Shown here in pieces: positions 9,286-19,089 of a stretch of DNA of 64,000 nucleotides. The stretch's first letter is position 1, and the number at the start of each line of letters is the position of its first letter. The DNA lies in the NCBI GenBank assembly GCA_965218795.1, contig OZ244653.1, forward strand, positions 4,416,001 to 4,480,000. The letters are read 5' to 3'. This stretch comes from a bacterium (GTDB lineage Bacteria > UBA8248 > JACPRG01 > G963555815). Position numbers and translations under genes: made by a program. Below the pieces are notes generated by a model that worked only from the letters and a program-made list of their open reading frames with translations, was not told where the DNA came from and ran no database searches.

Positions 9286-10317
9286 TCAGGGTTCATTGAT
9301 TCGATCGATGAGCCGGCGTAATCGTCCGTATTGGACCCGCTCGAAGTAGAGCGCCACGCGATCCAAGTGGGCGATGTGCGGCTCATTGCTTTCATCGGAA
9401 AGCGGTCCGGTTTCTTCAATCCGGCCCTTTTGCAGAATATCGGCGAATTCCTGATTGATTTCCTCCAGCCTGCCTTCGGGCAGCGGCTGGCTGAGGCGTA
9501 GAATGAGGCGGTCGCGGACAAATCGAAGCGAGTGATAGCGATGGTAGAATCTCCGGATTTCCTCCATCGCCGCCTCCGCTTGATTCGTGACCTTGAAGAG
9601 GCACAAATCCTCTCGGCTGACTTTGCCCGTCTCGATCAGGTGCTTGTGAAAATAATCTTCCCAGTCTTTCCAGTAACCGCCCTGGGGCGAGTCGATGAAA
9701 ACGATGGGAAGCGGATCGCTCTTGCCCGTCTGAACCAGCGTCAGAATTTCAAATCCTTCATCCTGCGTGCCGACCCCTCCGGGAAAGAGAGCCACCGCAT
9801 CCGCTTCTTTCACGAACAGGAGCTTCCGGGTAAAGAAATATCGCAGGTGGATGAGCTTCGGGTCCCCGTGAACGAACCGGTTGGCGCTCTGCTCAAACGG
9901 CAGAAGAATGTTCACCCCGAAACTCATCTCTTTTCCCGCACCCTCGTTGGCCGCCTCCATGATACCGGGACCGGCCCCCGTGATGACCATGAATCCCTCT
10001 TCCGTCATCCGGCGGGCAAATTCCCGGGCTTGCAGATACTCGGGCGAATCGACCGGAGTTCTCGCCGACCCGAATATGCTGACTTTTCGGATCATTCGGT
10101 AAGGGGCGAAGACCTTGAAGGCGTAGCGGAGTTCCTTGAGGGAAGCATTCAGGATCTTGAGATCGCCGCGGCTGGACCCGTCGCGCGCCATCTTCAGGGC
10201 GGTGCGAATGATTTCCTCGATGAGGTCGGCGTTGGCCGTGTTGCCGGATGACTGGATGAGCCGGTCGATGAGATCGTCGCCCGATTCGGCATGAAGCGTG
10301 TCGGGTGGGGTGTCCAT
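9286..10317 (-). CDS. LOG-family (TIGR00730-like) nucleotide phosphoribohydrolase
   Basis: FGSART, ITGAGPGIMEA, YFFTRK, PGGVGTQDE. Confidence 0.9.
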   Translation of the reverse strand: MDTPPDTLHAESGDDLIDRLIQSSGNTANADLIEEIIRTALKMARDGSSRGDLKILNASLKELRYAFKVFAPYRMIRKVSIFGSARTPVDSPEYLQAREFARRMTEEGFMVITGAGPGIMEAANEGAGKEMSFGVNILLPFEQSANRFVHGDPKLIHLRYFFTRKLLFVKEADAVALFPGGVGTQDEGFEILTLVQTGKSDPLPIVFIDSPQGGYWKDWEDYFHKHLIETGKVSREDLCLFKVTNQAEAAMEEIRRFYHRYHSLRFVRDRLILRLSQPLPEGRLEEINQEFADILQKGRIEETGPLSDESNEPHIAHLDRVALYFERVQYGRLRRLIDRINEP

Positions 10318-10359
10318 AATGGGGGGATTTTTTCTTCAAGCAGGCGCAGACAGGCCGCC

Positions 10360-10896
10360 TCAGGGGTTGGCCGAGGGAGGGGCGGCGCTGGAAGAATGAC
10401 CGTCGGAGACGCCATCCGGGGGCTGAATCTCGGCCGGTTCCACCGACACGATCTCGAACTCTTTCAGCCCGCCCGGCAGATTGATTTTCACCTCATCTCC
10501 CTCTTCCCTTCCGATGAGACCCTTCGCCAGCGGAGATTTGTAGGAGATGATCCCGCCCGAGGGGTCGGACTCGTCCTCCCCCAGGATGGTCCACTTGACC
10601 TCTTGTTCTTCCAGATTGTCGTACACCGTGACAGCCGTTCCAATCGAAACCCGGCTGGCGTCAATCTCCAGATCGTCAATGATCTGGGTCTGGTTGAGCT
10701 TTTCCCGAAGCTTCTGGGCTTCCAGCGTGAGGAGCTGCTGCTTCTCCCGCGCGGCATCGAGCTCGGCATTTTCCGAGAAATCCCCAAAACTGGCCGCCCT
10801 TTTAATCTCATCGGCCATGTCGATCCGAACCTGCTTTTCAATTTGCTCCAGCCGCTCGCGAAGCCGCAGCCAGTTTCTTCGGGTTACGTAAAACAT
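10360..10896 (-). CDS. greA: Transcription elongation factor GreA
   Basis: GDFSENAE, ISYKSPLAKGLIG. Confidence 0.92.
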   Translation of the reverse strand: MFYVTRRNWLRLRERLEQIEKQVRIDMADEIKRAASFGDFSENAELDAAREKQQLLTLEAQKLREKLNQTQIIDDLEIDASRVSIGTAVTVYDNLEEQEVKWTILGEDESDPSGGIISYKSPLAKGLIGREEGDEVKINLPGGLKEFEIVSVEPAEIQPPDGVSDGHSSSAAPPSANP

Positions 10897-11079
10897 CCAG
10901 GCGGTCCCTCATCGAAGCGACCAGAATGACCGAAACGACGGACAATAAGTATCCGGATTCATTTCAATATCAAAGACCTATATAGGCGATCAATGCCCCC
11001 CTGACCAACGCATTTCATGGATCCAACATCCCTTCCGGATTCGATGGAGGATCAGGATGCAGGCAGCATGCCCGCGATA

Positions 11080-11397
11080 TCAATTGGATAGCGAATGGAT
11101 GCGCTCCTGAATCTGGTTCGCGACGTGAAGATCTCCCTGTCCCTTCGCCACATCGAAGCCCTGCGTGTAGATATCCTTCGCTTCGCCGGATTCTTCCGTC
11201 GCTTCCAAACACTGCCCCAAGAGGTGATAGCATACCGAATAGTCCGGCTTGACCCGAAGCGCTTCTCGAAGGTGAGGGATGGCTTCGGCCTGACGATCTG
11301 CATCCACAAGCAGTTGGGCCAAGCCGTACAGGACCATGGGGTCCTCGGGGTCCATCGCCAGGACCTCTTCAAATTGCTGAATCCGTTCCTCACTCAT
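11080..11397 (-). CDS. Small TPR protein
   Basis: DPEDP...YGLA and ALRVKPDYSVCYHLLG TPR patterns. Confidence 0.8.
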   Translation of the reverse strand: MSEERIQQFEEVLAMDPEDPMVLYGLAQLLVDADRQAEAIPHLREALRVKPDYSVCYHLLGQCLEATEESGEAKDIYTQGFDVAKGQGDLHVANQIQERIHSLSN

Positions 11398-11688
11398 GGT
11401 CCATCCACAGGCCCTCCTTGTTCCGTCAGAGCTTGAGATTTTCGAGTGTAGCGGGTTTCACGTCAAGCTCGGAATGCGGTCTCTGTGTGATGGGCAGGCG
11501 TTCTTGCAAGATCAAGTGCTCCGGACGGATGGGAGTCCGGGTCGCCGTTCGTACGCGACGGGCCGGATTTGGCTGTCTCGCCGGGGAGGGCTTGCTGCGG
11601 CAAAGGCGCGCGAGCCGTTTATCGATCCCGGCATCGGAGCGGGGAATCGGTCCTTGAGGATTCCCTCGAATGAGAAAGCAAAGGGAAC

Positions 11689-12000
11689 GATACGCTTGAC
11701 GAGCCGGGGGTATTATTCTCACGGAGATTCCCGTGGACCCGTACCTCGCCTCGAGATCGTCAGGCGCCGCGTCAGTCCATTTCTCCCTCGAAATGGATTC
11801 CCGCTCAGGTCGGGGAGTGGATTCCTGCTTGCGCAGGAATGACAACCAGAACCATGCCGGTCCCCCAGCGAGCCCGCCCCCCGATAGGAGCACTCGTGGG
11901 CAGGCCCCGCGGCAATGACAGGCTGTTGTGTGCGGGCCTCGTCTGTCATTCCTGCGCAAGCAGGAACCCAGAAAAAAAGGTCTAGCTCGTCAAGCGTATC
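11689..12000. repeat. 312-bp element with 16-bp perfect terminal inverted repeats enclosing an inverted REP pair (REPIN/MITE-like)
   Basis: GATACGCTTGACGAGC (11689-11704) / GCTCGTCAAGCGTATC (11985-12000); internal TGGATTCCTGCTTGCGCAGGAATGAC (11818-11843) and GTCATTCCTGCGCAAGCAGGAACCCA (11945-11970). Confidence 0.78.
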
Positions 12001-12162
12001 ATCCCCAAAGCAAGCATTGCCGCCGGCTTCGACCGGATTGGATCCGACGTATCCTCCGTGAAAAAGTCCAACTGTACGCTGAGATTGAGTGTCATGTCTT
12101 GAAAGCCCGCTCTGAATCCGAGCCGGCGGAACCCGCTCCAGCGATCATTGCGTCCAGCCCCA

Positions 12163-12888
12163 TCATTCGTATTCCGGTCTGGCGACGAGACTGATGCGGT
12201 AGGGGAAGAACCGGAACAGCTCCCAACGGGCGAAGCCCGCCTCCTGAACGATTTCCTCCAATTCTTCGGCCCGAAACCCTCTTTGAACCGACAGGGGAGC
12301 ATCGTAACGGGTCATGGGGTTTCGCGTGGCCAGCCTCGTGAGAAAGTAAATCGCCGCGTAGGAAAGTCTCGCGCGGCGCAAATCATTGATGATCACGGCC
12401 TTTCGGGCGCAAGCCCGAAATCCGCGAAGAAGCGCGACGACTGTCGTCCGGTTGAAATGATGAAGGAAGAGGGAGGCAATCACGTAATCCACCCCTCCCG
12501 GCCCGGCTGGAAGCCGAAGGGCGTCGGCTTGGGCAAACCCCAGATTGGCCGGCCGCTCTCCCGCATCCTGTGCAATCCGGAGCGCCTCGGCCCGGATATC
12601 GACGGCCCAGATGCGGATTGGACGACGGGAATCCCGGGCCCAGACGGCCAGCGTCCGGGGAAGATCGCCCGCGCCGGTCCCGACATCGATGAGGGTGACG
12701 GGCGAATTCGGATCGGGGAAATCGGCTTCCGCCACGGCGGTGAACGCGCGCATCAGCGCCGCGGCGCCGCCGAGGAACCGGTTGATCCGAACGATGTCCT
12801 GCAGGTTCCCTGCGAGATGCTCCAGCGGGAGGGTGTCCGCATCCAACAGTTCCGGGGCTTCGCTTCTGGGAAAGGCATGGAAGGTCAT
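12163..12888 (-). CDS. Class I SAM-dependent methyltransferase
   Basis: IDVGTGAGD, QADAL, SLFLHHF, INDLRR, DAPLSV.RGF. Confidence 0.88.
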   Translation of the reverse strand: MTFHAFPRSEAPELLDADTLPLEHLAGNLQDIVRINRFLGGAAALMRAFTAVAEADFPDPNSPVTLIDVGTGAGDLPRTLAVWARDSRRPIRIWAVDIRAEALRIAQDAGERPANLGFAQADALRLPAGPGGVDYVIASLFLHHFNRTTVVALLRGFRACARKAVIINDLRRARLSYAAIYFLTRLATRNPMTRYDAPLSVQRGFRAEELEEIVQEAGFARWELFRFFPYRISLVARPEYE

Positions 12889-13451
12889 GGGTCTGCGGTT
12901 CTCCGGAATCGAAGGGTTGAGCCTATTGAGGGAGAACCGGGCGGCGCGGGGATGATTTCCCGGGATTTTTCAGATGGAAGGTCCCGGATTTCCATGAAAT
13001 TCACTACCATCCATGGGCCGTTGGATGATCGATGTCGCTTTCCAACGGTAATCAGCGTTTGCAGACCCATGCGGATCGCAGAATTGAATATCGTGAGCCT
13101 GAATCGGTACACTTTGTCACCGTTCACCCGATCCCGAACCTCCAGCACATCTGCTTCCACCTTTCGATTTCTTCCGACCCCCGGCGAAGTCTGTTCAACG
13201 GACCGGCCTTCCCCCCGGTCTTTCCGCAATTTCATTTGTCGGTCGATCTTTTCTCGGGCCAGACCGACGGCGGTCCGCCGTGCGGCTACAAGGTCCGCCC
13301 GAATGTAATAGGCCTCGATGAATGTCCGTACCGCCTTTTCAGCTTCAGGGGTAGAGTCACTGCACCCGAAAAAGAGCCAAACCGATAGCCCTGCGGTCAT
13401 GATCCGGGCAAAATCAGGGAGTGGTCGAAACATGCTCCTGATCCTTGTCAT
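12885..13451 (-). CDS. Hypothetical lipoprotein (start uncertain)
   Basis: Hydrophobic stretch ending in an FFGC lipobox-like site; operonic overlap with both neighbours. Confidence 0.6.
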   Translation of the reverse strand: MTRIRSMFRPLPDFARIMTAGLSVWLFFGCSDSTPEAEKAVRTFIEAYYIRADLVAARRTAVGLAREKIDRQMKLRKDRGEGRSVEQTSPGVGRNRKVEADVLEVRDRVNGDKVYRFRLTIFNSAIRMGLQTLITVGKRHRSSNGPWMVVNFMEIRDLPSEKSREIIPAPPGSPSIGSTLRFRRTADP

Positions 13452-14433
13452 CGAGGACTCGCCGCAACGTGGCCGCGTCGATGTTTCCGCCCGAAAGAAC
13501 GAGAACGACCCGCCGGCCGGCCAAATCCCGTTTCATCTTGGAGGCGGCCGCCAGGGGCGCGGCGCCCGCGCCCTCGGCGAGATTATGGGATTCTCGAAGC
13601 AATAACCGGATGGCGCCACGGATCTCATCCTCTGAAACGAGAACCATATCTTCGACGAGCGTCCTGAGAATTTCGAGCGTTACCTCTGCCGGGGCGCGCG
13701 TTGCCAGACCGTCCGCAATCGTATGGGCGGTTTCCGTCGTCACGGTTCGACCGTCCTTCCAGGATCGATAGACCGACGGAGCCTTTTCGGCCTGGACGCC
13801 GATGACGCGGGTATTCGGGCTCAGGCGGTCTCCGACGATTGCAGTGCCGGAGGCTCCGCTTCCCAGCCCAATCGAAACGAAGACGGCATCCACGTCGTCC
13901 ACGTCTTCAAAGATTTCGATGGCATATGTCCCTACGCCCCGAATCAGGTCCGCTGTGTTTCCGGCGTGGATGAGCGTGAGATTCCGTTTTTCCGTCAGCT
14001 CCGCCGCTTTATGCGTCGCCTCATCATAATCCTGACCGTGAATCACCAACTCGGCCCCGAGGTTTTTCATCCCCGCGTTCTTTTCCGGATTATTGCCTTC
14101 GGGAATACAGATGACGGAGGGCGCTCCGAAAAGCCGAGCGGCGTACGCGATCGAAAGACCGTGATTTCCCCGTGTGGCGCAGATCACTCCCCGGCGTCGC
14201 GCCTCCTCTGGCAGACGATGAAGATGATAGATTCCGCCCCGGACTTTAAATGCGCCGACGGGAAGATGATTCTCGTGCTTGATATAGACCTCGAAGCCCA
14301 GAATCTTCGAGAGGCCGGGGCAGAAGTAGGTCGGCGTTCGGGGAAGGTACCGGTACACCACGTCCCGGGCCTCCGCGATTTCCTCGAACGTGACAGGCAG
14401 GGATGAAATGAGAACAGCCTCCTTGGTTTCCAA
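13414..14433 (-). CDS. PLP-dependent threonine/serine dehydratase family
   Basis: KHENHLPVGAFKVRG, ATRGNHG, IGLGSG, LSGGNID. Confidence 0.92.
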   Translation of the reverse strand: METKEAVLISSLPVTFEEIAEARDVVYRYLPRTPTYFCPGLSKILGFEVYIKHENHLPVGAFKVRGGIYHLHRLPEEARRRGVICATRGNHGLSIAYAARLFGAPSVICIPEGNNPEKNAGMKNLGAELVIHGQDYDEATHKAAELTEKRNLTLIHAGNTADLIRGVGTYAIEIFEDVDDVDAVFVSIGLGSGASGTAIVGDRLSPNTRVIGVQAEKAPSVYRSWKDGRTVTTETAHTIADGLATRAPAEVTLEILRTLVEDMVLVSEDEIRGAIRLLLRESHNLAEGAGAAPLAAASKMKRDLAGRRVVLVLSGGNIDAATLRRVLDDKDQEHVSTTP

Positions 14434-14675
14434 TCATTCGGATTTCCGGATCTGACCGACCCATTGGGATTCGAGTCATTATCTGTTCGAATTTCGAAAA
14501 GGTTCAAGGGGCTTGCGGCAAATCCTTCAGTCCGATTGAATTCGAGGAATCCCGAAGAAGCCTTGTTGCAGCATCGTAGAATCGCTACAATTCACTTCTG
14601 TTTTCCATAACCGCGTTTGAAATCGAAACCTTGGTTCGAATGGCTCCTGCAAGCGCCGTTCGGCGGAGAACCCGT

Positions 14676-15188
14676 GTGAGCAATGGAGAGACGCACCGTC
14701 CGAGTGAGCTGCTCGTCACTTTGAAGGAGCAGGGATTCCGGGTCGCCGTATCCGTTCCGGACAGTTGGTTGGGACAACTCCTCGTGGAAATCGAAAACGA
14801 TCCGGACATGACGCTCATTCGGGCCACCCATGAAGAAGAGGCCCTCGCCATTGCCTGCGGCTCGAGACTGGGTGGAGTCCGGACGGTCATGCTGATCCAG
14901 AACGTCGGCCTGACGACGATGGGGGCGGGAATGGTTTCCCTGGCCCAGCGCTGTCAGTTCCCGTTATTGATCCTGGCATCCTTCCGGGGCTCTCCGGATG
15001 ATCCGGTCTACTATCACATTCCCAAGGGACGGGTGACCGAACCCGTACTTCAGGCGATGGGGCTCCGGTACGCCCGGGTGAATGGCGCCGAGCCGATCGG
15101 GCCGCAGGTGGAAAAGGCTGCGGCCAATGCGGAGGAATCGTCGCAGCCGTTCGTTTTACTCACCTCTCAGAAGGACACCCGCTGGTGA
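14676..15188 (+). CDS. Sulfopyruvate/phosphonopyruvate decarboxylase alpha-subunit-like (ComD-like)
   Basis: SVPDS, HEEEALAIACG, IQNVGL, SFRG; GTG start with GGAGA RBS. Confidence 0.82.
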   Translation: MSNGETHRPSELLVTLKEQGFRVAVSVPDSWLGQLLVEIENDPDMTLIRATHEEEALAIACGSRLGGVRTVMLIQNVGLTTMGAGMVSLAQRCQFPLLILASFRGSPDDPVYYHIPKGRVTEPVLQAMGLRYARVNGAEPIGPQVEKAAANAEESSQPFVLLTSQKDTRW

Positions 15189-15814
15189 ACCCGACGCTTC
15201 CCACGCGCGAGGATTATTACGGCGCCTTGGCGGATTGCCTTCCGGACGACGCTCTGGTCGTCACCTCGCTGGGGAATGCGTCCTATCTCTGGGCCTGTGT
15301 CCGCGACCGCCCGGAGAATTTTTATGTCGAGGACGCGATGGGGCTGGCGCTGCCTCTCGCATTGGGGCTGGCCGTTGCCCAGCCAGGGCGAAAGGTGGTG
15401 GGCGTGGAGGGCGACGGCGGACTCGTGATGCACCTGGGGGCTCTCGTGACGCTTGGGGCCGTCCAGCCCGAAAACCTCACGGTCCTGCTCATGCAGAACC
15501 GTGTTCATGCGGCGTCGGGCGGACAACCGGTGACCAACCCGAAATTGGACCTGGCCGATCTTGCGCGGTCGGCGGGACTGACCCGGACCGAAAACGTTGG
15601 CACGGCGGAGGAGTTCCGGAAGGCGTTCGAGTCGGCGTTTTCAGGCGACGGCTCATCGCTGTTGGCGCTCCAGGTGGAACCGGACGTCCCCGTGGTGGAA
15701 CCCCCTTTCCCCTTGAACCCGGTCGTCATCAAGCAGCGATTCATGGAGGCGATTGGGGCGCCCCGTTATGTTCCTTTGACGTTTGGGAAAGGCCGGTTGG
15801 TGGAGCCTGAATAG
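15185..15814 (+). CDS. Sulfopyruvate/phosphonopyruvate decarboxylase beta-subunit-like (ComE-like)
   Basis: MGLALPLALG and EGDGG...N ThDP motif, SGGQP; overlaps the alpha-subunit stop. Confidence 0.85.
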   Translation: MNPTLPTREDYYGALADCLPDDALVVTSLGNASYLWACVRDRPENFYVEDAMGLALPLALGLAVAQPGRKVVGVEGDGGLVMHLGALVTLGAVQPENLTVLLMQNRVHAASGGQPVTNPKLDLADLARSAGLTRTENVGTAEEFRKAFESAFSGDGSSLLALQVEPDVPVVEPPFPLNPVVIKQRFMEAIGAPRYVPLTFGKGRLVEPE

Positions 15815-15864
15815 GCATCGGTTGATGGATCAGCGTCCCGAGGACGCCTTGACGAGACGGTCGC

Positions 15865-16605
15865 TCAGGCGACCAAAGGCTTGAAATCTTCGCCGGTCAT
15901 GGGTTCGTGTTTATTCCAGAGGCCGCGCATCTCGATCAGAACGCGCTGCTTCGACGGCGCGGGCTGGGGATTCAGCCGCACGACACGCGCCGAATATTCG
16001 GGGGATTCGGTCATGGCCGCCACCAGATCCGCCACGAGATAGCGCGGCGTCCAGCCGATCATGTGGTAGTCCGTGGTCTGGATCTGCACCGCCAGCCGGG
16101 TCGCCGGATTGGTCAGTTCCAGCGTGACGTACAGTTCTTCTTCCGGCTCCAGGCGGTCGATTCGCCCTTGAGCGGATTCATTCACGTGCCGCCAGCCGTG
16201 CAGAAAGAAGCGGCAGGCGAAGCGCCCGTCAACGTCCTTCACCAGCTTCGGGAACACCTCGTAAGCGTCCGTCACGCGCGTGCCGCCGCTGACCGACAGG
16301 ATCTCGAAGGGGTCGGCGTTCTCCAGGAGACCAAGGTTGCGCAGATGGTCTGGACGGTCCGGCCTCGACCGGTTCATCACCCGGTTCTGGAACAGGGGAA
16401 ACAGATCCGGGGACCTGTAATCCTCCAATAGCTGGGGGAAATCCCACAACAGCGGAAACCCCGCCTCCTCTTCTGCACGTTTCGTGCCGCGGATGTAGCG
16501 GAAGCGATAGAGCGATGGTTCGATGTCCAGCCGACCCACCGGAAACCACTGGCGACTCTCCTCTCTTTCATCCTGCCACGCCAGGAACAGGGTTCCCGTG
16601 CTCAT
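15865..16605 (-). CDS. HIRAN-domain protein (partner of the HipA-like kinase)
   Basis: LFLAWQD...WFPVGRL, LFPLFQNRV, GG.R.TD, FFLHGWRH and E..NP..LAV...IGW.PRYL HIRAN-like C-terminus. Confidence 0.78.
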   Translation of the reverse strand: MSTGTLFLAWQDEREESRQWFPVGRLDIEPSLYRFRYIRGTKRAEEEAGFPLLWDFPQLLEDYRSPDLFPLFQNRVMNRSRPDRPDHLRNLGLLENADPFEILSVSGGTRVTDAYEVFPKLVKDVDGRFACRFFLHGWRHVNESAQGRIDRLEPEEELYVTLELTNPATRLAVQIQTTDYHMIGWTPRYLVADLVAAMTESPEYSARVVRLNPQPAPSKQRVLIEMRGLWNKHEPMTGEDFKPLVA

Positions 16606-17514
16606 CGGATAATCTCCTGTAATTGTTCAAAATTATAGCGCATCAATGCAACCGAGAACTCCCGAGCTGAGGGTGTCATCCAATCATCGGGCACGCGGTT
16701 CACAAGATCGCTTATGGAATTTTCGTCCAGTTTTTCGATCTTCGTCAACGCCGGATGGAAAAAGTCAGGATAGGTGCAAGCCGCCCTTCGCACCAGTTCC
16801 AGCGGGCCGGGGCCGTGCCGTTCGTCCTTTGACCAGTAAATCGCACCGTGTCCTTTTTCTGCATAGTTCCCTACGCGATTCTCTGCCAGTAATCTATCAC
16901 GGCGTTCATCCAGGAGTTCCCGTCCCAACGAGGATGGCGTGATCGAACGACGGCGCCACAAGACCCTCCCAGCGACTACCAACACGTCTCCGGAGCAGGC
17001 CCCAATTCTCGTGGTGGCGATCCGTATTGCCGATCAATGCATCCAGAACGGTGTACTCAACGATGGCGAGCTTCGCTCGTCTTGCAGCTTCAGGCTCCAT
17101 AAAAACATGATCCATTGCTTGCCAGATATTTGTCAGAGTATGACTCGACTGATGAAACTTTCTTTTGGGATTGTAACCGTAAACGGTCCCTGCCAACACT
17201 TGGTTACCGTGTTGAAGTTCCCGGCCTCCTCGGGCGAACGATTCGGTCACGGACCCTCGTTCACCCTGGAACGTTGCCAGTTCTACCTTTGCATGTCTAA
17301 TCCTGAGCGCAGATGCCACTTCCTTAGCAATCTTCTCCGCCCAGTGCTGTCCCGTGTTTGCCTGGGGATACTTGAAAAGCCAGTCCGTCTCGTGCTCCGG
17401 CCCGCGGCGATACCAGAACTTCTTCTTGCTGCCCATGTCCTCCGGCTCAAGCACCCATTCCGGCTGAACTTCAAGGATTGGGTATGGGTCAGACACGGCG
17501 ATAACTTCGCACAA
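16602..17514 (-). pseudogene. HipA-like kinase split by a +1 frameshift near 16936 (real or sequencing error)
   Basis: MGSKKKFW, LFK, WAEKIA, LDALIGNTDRHHENW, APSFDHA; the expected SSLGRE continuation lies in the other frame (16602..16985). Confidence 0.85.
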
Positions 17515-17528
17515 TCAACTTCATACGG

Positions 17529-17618
17529 TTACGGCTCCCCGTTCATGAAGGACCGCCCGAAATCCTCGGCCGCGGTCTGTCGAACGAGGGTGTCTTCGGT
17601 GTAAGGGTTCAAGGTCAT
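17529..17618 (-). pseudogene. N-terminal stump resembling type I restriction HsdR
   Basis: MTLNPYTEDTLVRQTAAEDF..., resembling the 'TEDTLV.Q' HsdR N-terminus, directly after vapC. Confidence 0.5.
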
Positions 17619-17627
17619 CCGCGCCAC

Positions 17628-18008
17628 TCAGGCCGTCATCGTGCGGACGCCATAGCGCGGGATGCGGTCATCTCTGGTGACGAGGACAAGGCCCTCGACC
17701 TGGGCTTGCGCGACCAGCATCCGATCGAATGGATCCCGGTGGTGCATCGGGAGAACGCCGGCCTGCTCCGCGTGAAAGAAGGTCAGCGGCAGATGAGTGA
17801 AGCCCTTTTCTTCGACCATGGCTGTCAGATTGTCCGGGGCGGTCATGCGCCCCCTCGCCCGCTTGACCGCGATCTCCCATCCGGTAATGGCGCTCACGAA
17901 GATATCGTTGCGCGGGTCGGCGATCGCGGATCGAGCGCCTTCGGCCAGTTCCGAAACATCGGACAGCCACCATACGAAAGCGTGGGTGTCCAGCAGCAGA
18001 CGGGGCAT
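17628..18008 (-). CDS. vapC: VapC-family PIN toxin
   Basis: LLLDTHAFVW, SAITGWEI..K, HRDPFDRMLVAQA, TRD. Confidence 0.93.
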   Translation of the reverse strand: MPRLLLDTHAFVWWLSDVSELAEGARSAIADPRNDIFVSAITGWEIAVKRARGRMTAPDNLTAMVEEKGFTHLPLTFFHAEQAGVLPMHHRDPFDRMLVAQAQVEGLVLVTRDDRIPRYGVRTMTA

Positions 18009-18262
18009 TATCCATCTTCTTCCGGGAAAATCTTCGATGCCTCGATCGCCTCGATGATCTCCTCATCGTCCTCGTCGAAATCCGGCGACATCCAGATTCG
18101 TCCTTCCAGCCCGCCCGGCTTTCGCTCTTCCATGCGCCCGCGATACGGCTCCAGCCGCAGATACGGCTCGCCGGCCCTGGCGATCACGATCTCCTCGCCC
18201 TCCCAGGCCAGCTTTCCCAGCTTCGAAAGCTGCGACTTCGCTTCGTGCATGTTCACTTTCAT
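18008..18262 (-). CDS. Phd/YefM antitoxin
   Basis: VNMHEAKSQLSKL...GEEIVIARAGEP; overlaps vapC. Confidence 0.92.
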   Translation of the reverse strand: MKVNMHEAKSQLSKLGKLAWEGEEIVIARAGEPYLRLEPYRGRMEERKPGGLEGRIWMSPDFDEDDEEIIEAIEASKIFPEEDG

Positions 18263-18529
18263 TGGATTCTTCCTGATAGCTAAGTTGGACTAAGTCTAGA
18301 AAAGTATCCGAGCGCTGTCAAGGCGAGGGCACGAAAACCCGCGTTCGGCTTGCACCCGCTGCAGGCAACGATTTTTCCGAGGGTTTTTTGCCCGGAAGAA
18401 TGAGAGGTTTCAAGGCGGATAATCGGGGTTGAAACGGGCCGGAAATCGCCGCGAAGGGGTCGGACCTTCCCCGCGTTTCGGCGGTCAGGCGCTTGTGCTG
18501 GTTGCCGCTCCCGTGGCAAACGTACGCGA

Positions 18530-18721
18530 CGCCGGAACCGCCCCCCCCCCCCCGACTCCTTGAGGAGTTCGAGGACAATCGCCTGATCGACGATGCCCTC
18601 CACGGCGAATGAGACGGGATGGCCCGCGCGATTCCCCATGAGCGCTTCAGGAACCGAAGTCGAACAGGTCGGCTTGTTCGGGGGCGGCCTTCGGTAAGAG
18701 GGTGTCTTCGGTGCAACTCAT
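18530..18721 (-). pseudogene. Fused gene scars: HsdR-like stub + foreign C-terminal tail (18647-18721), then a TOPRIM/DUF4276-like N-terminal stub
   Basis: MSCTEDTL-LPKAAPEQADLFDFGS* (ATGA overlap with the vapC stop), then MGNRAGHPVSFAVEGIVDQAIV with a VEG..D motif. Confidence 0.42.
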
Positions 18722-19089
18722 TCCTGGGCCTGATAGGCCAGGTTCATCTTGTCCGCCACCGCTTTCAGCCGTTTGTCTCGCGTCCATAGCCGCGCCGGCG
18801 GCGTCAAAGCCGTTGCCGCCAGCAGATGAGCGTCGATATAACCGATGCCGAGTCCCATCAATCGGTGATGCTCGATAAAATACAGCACTTCGGATTCATC
18901 CGCCTTGGGAAGAGCGGACAAGTCCTTCAACCTTGCCAGGACTTCATCGCGGTCGGCCAGATTTCCGCAGGCCATCTCTCCGATCACGAAAGGATGGATA
19001 AGCGCCTGGTTGTTGTCGAGCAGGTGCGCCAATGCACTATCCCCGCTACGCAGATGCTCGATCCACACCGAGGTATCAATCAGAATCAT
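18718..19089 (-). CDS. vapC: VapC-family PIN toxin
   Basis: MILIDTSVWI, HPFVIGEMACG, GIGYIDAHLLA, LWTRDKRL. Confidence 0.93.
   Translation of the reverse strand: MILIDTSVWIEHLRSGDSALAHLLDNNQALIHPFVIGEMACGNLADRDEVLARLKDLSALPKADESEVLYFIEHHRLMGLGIGYIDAHLLAATALTPPARLWTRDKRLKAVADKMNLAYQAQE

Noticed and set aside
11426-11959. Overlapping ORFs in the 11.4-12.1 kb intergenic region
   Set aside because: Derived from palindromic repeats (SFLRKQE); no RBS or family motifs.
16930-16945. Programmed frameshifting in hipA (and in dndC at ~25008)
   Set aside because: No slippery heptamer or long homopolymer at either site; a single-base insertion is the simpler explanation.
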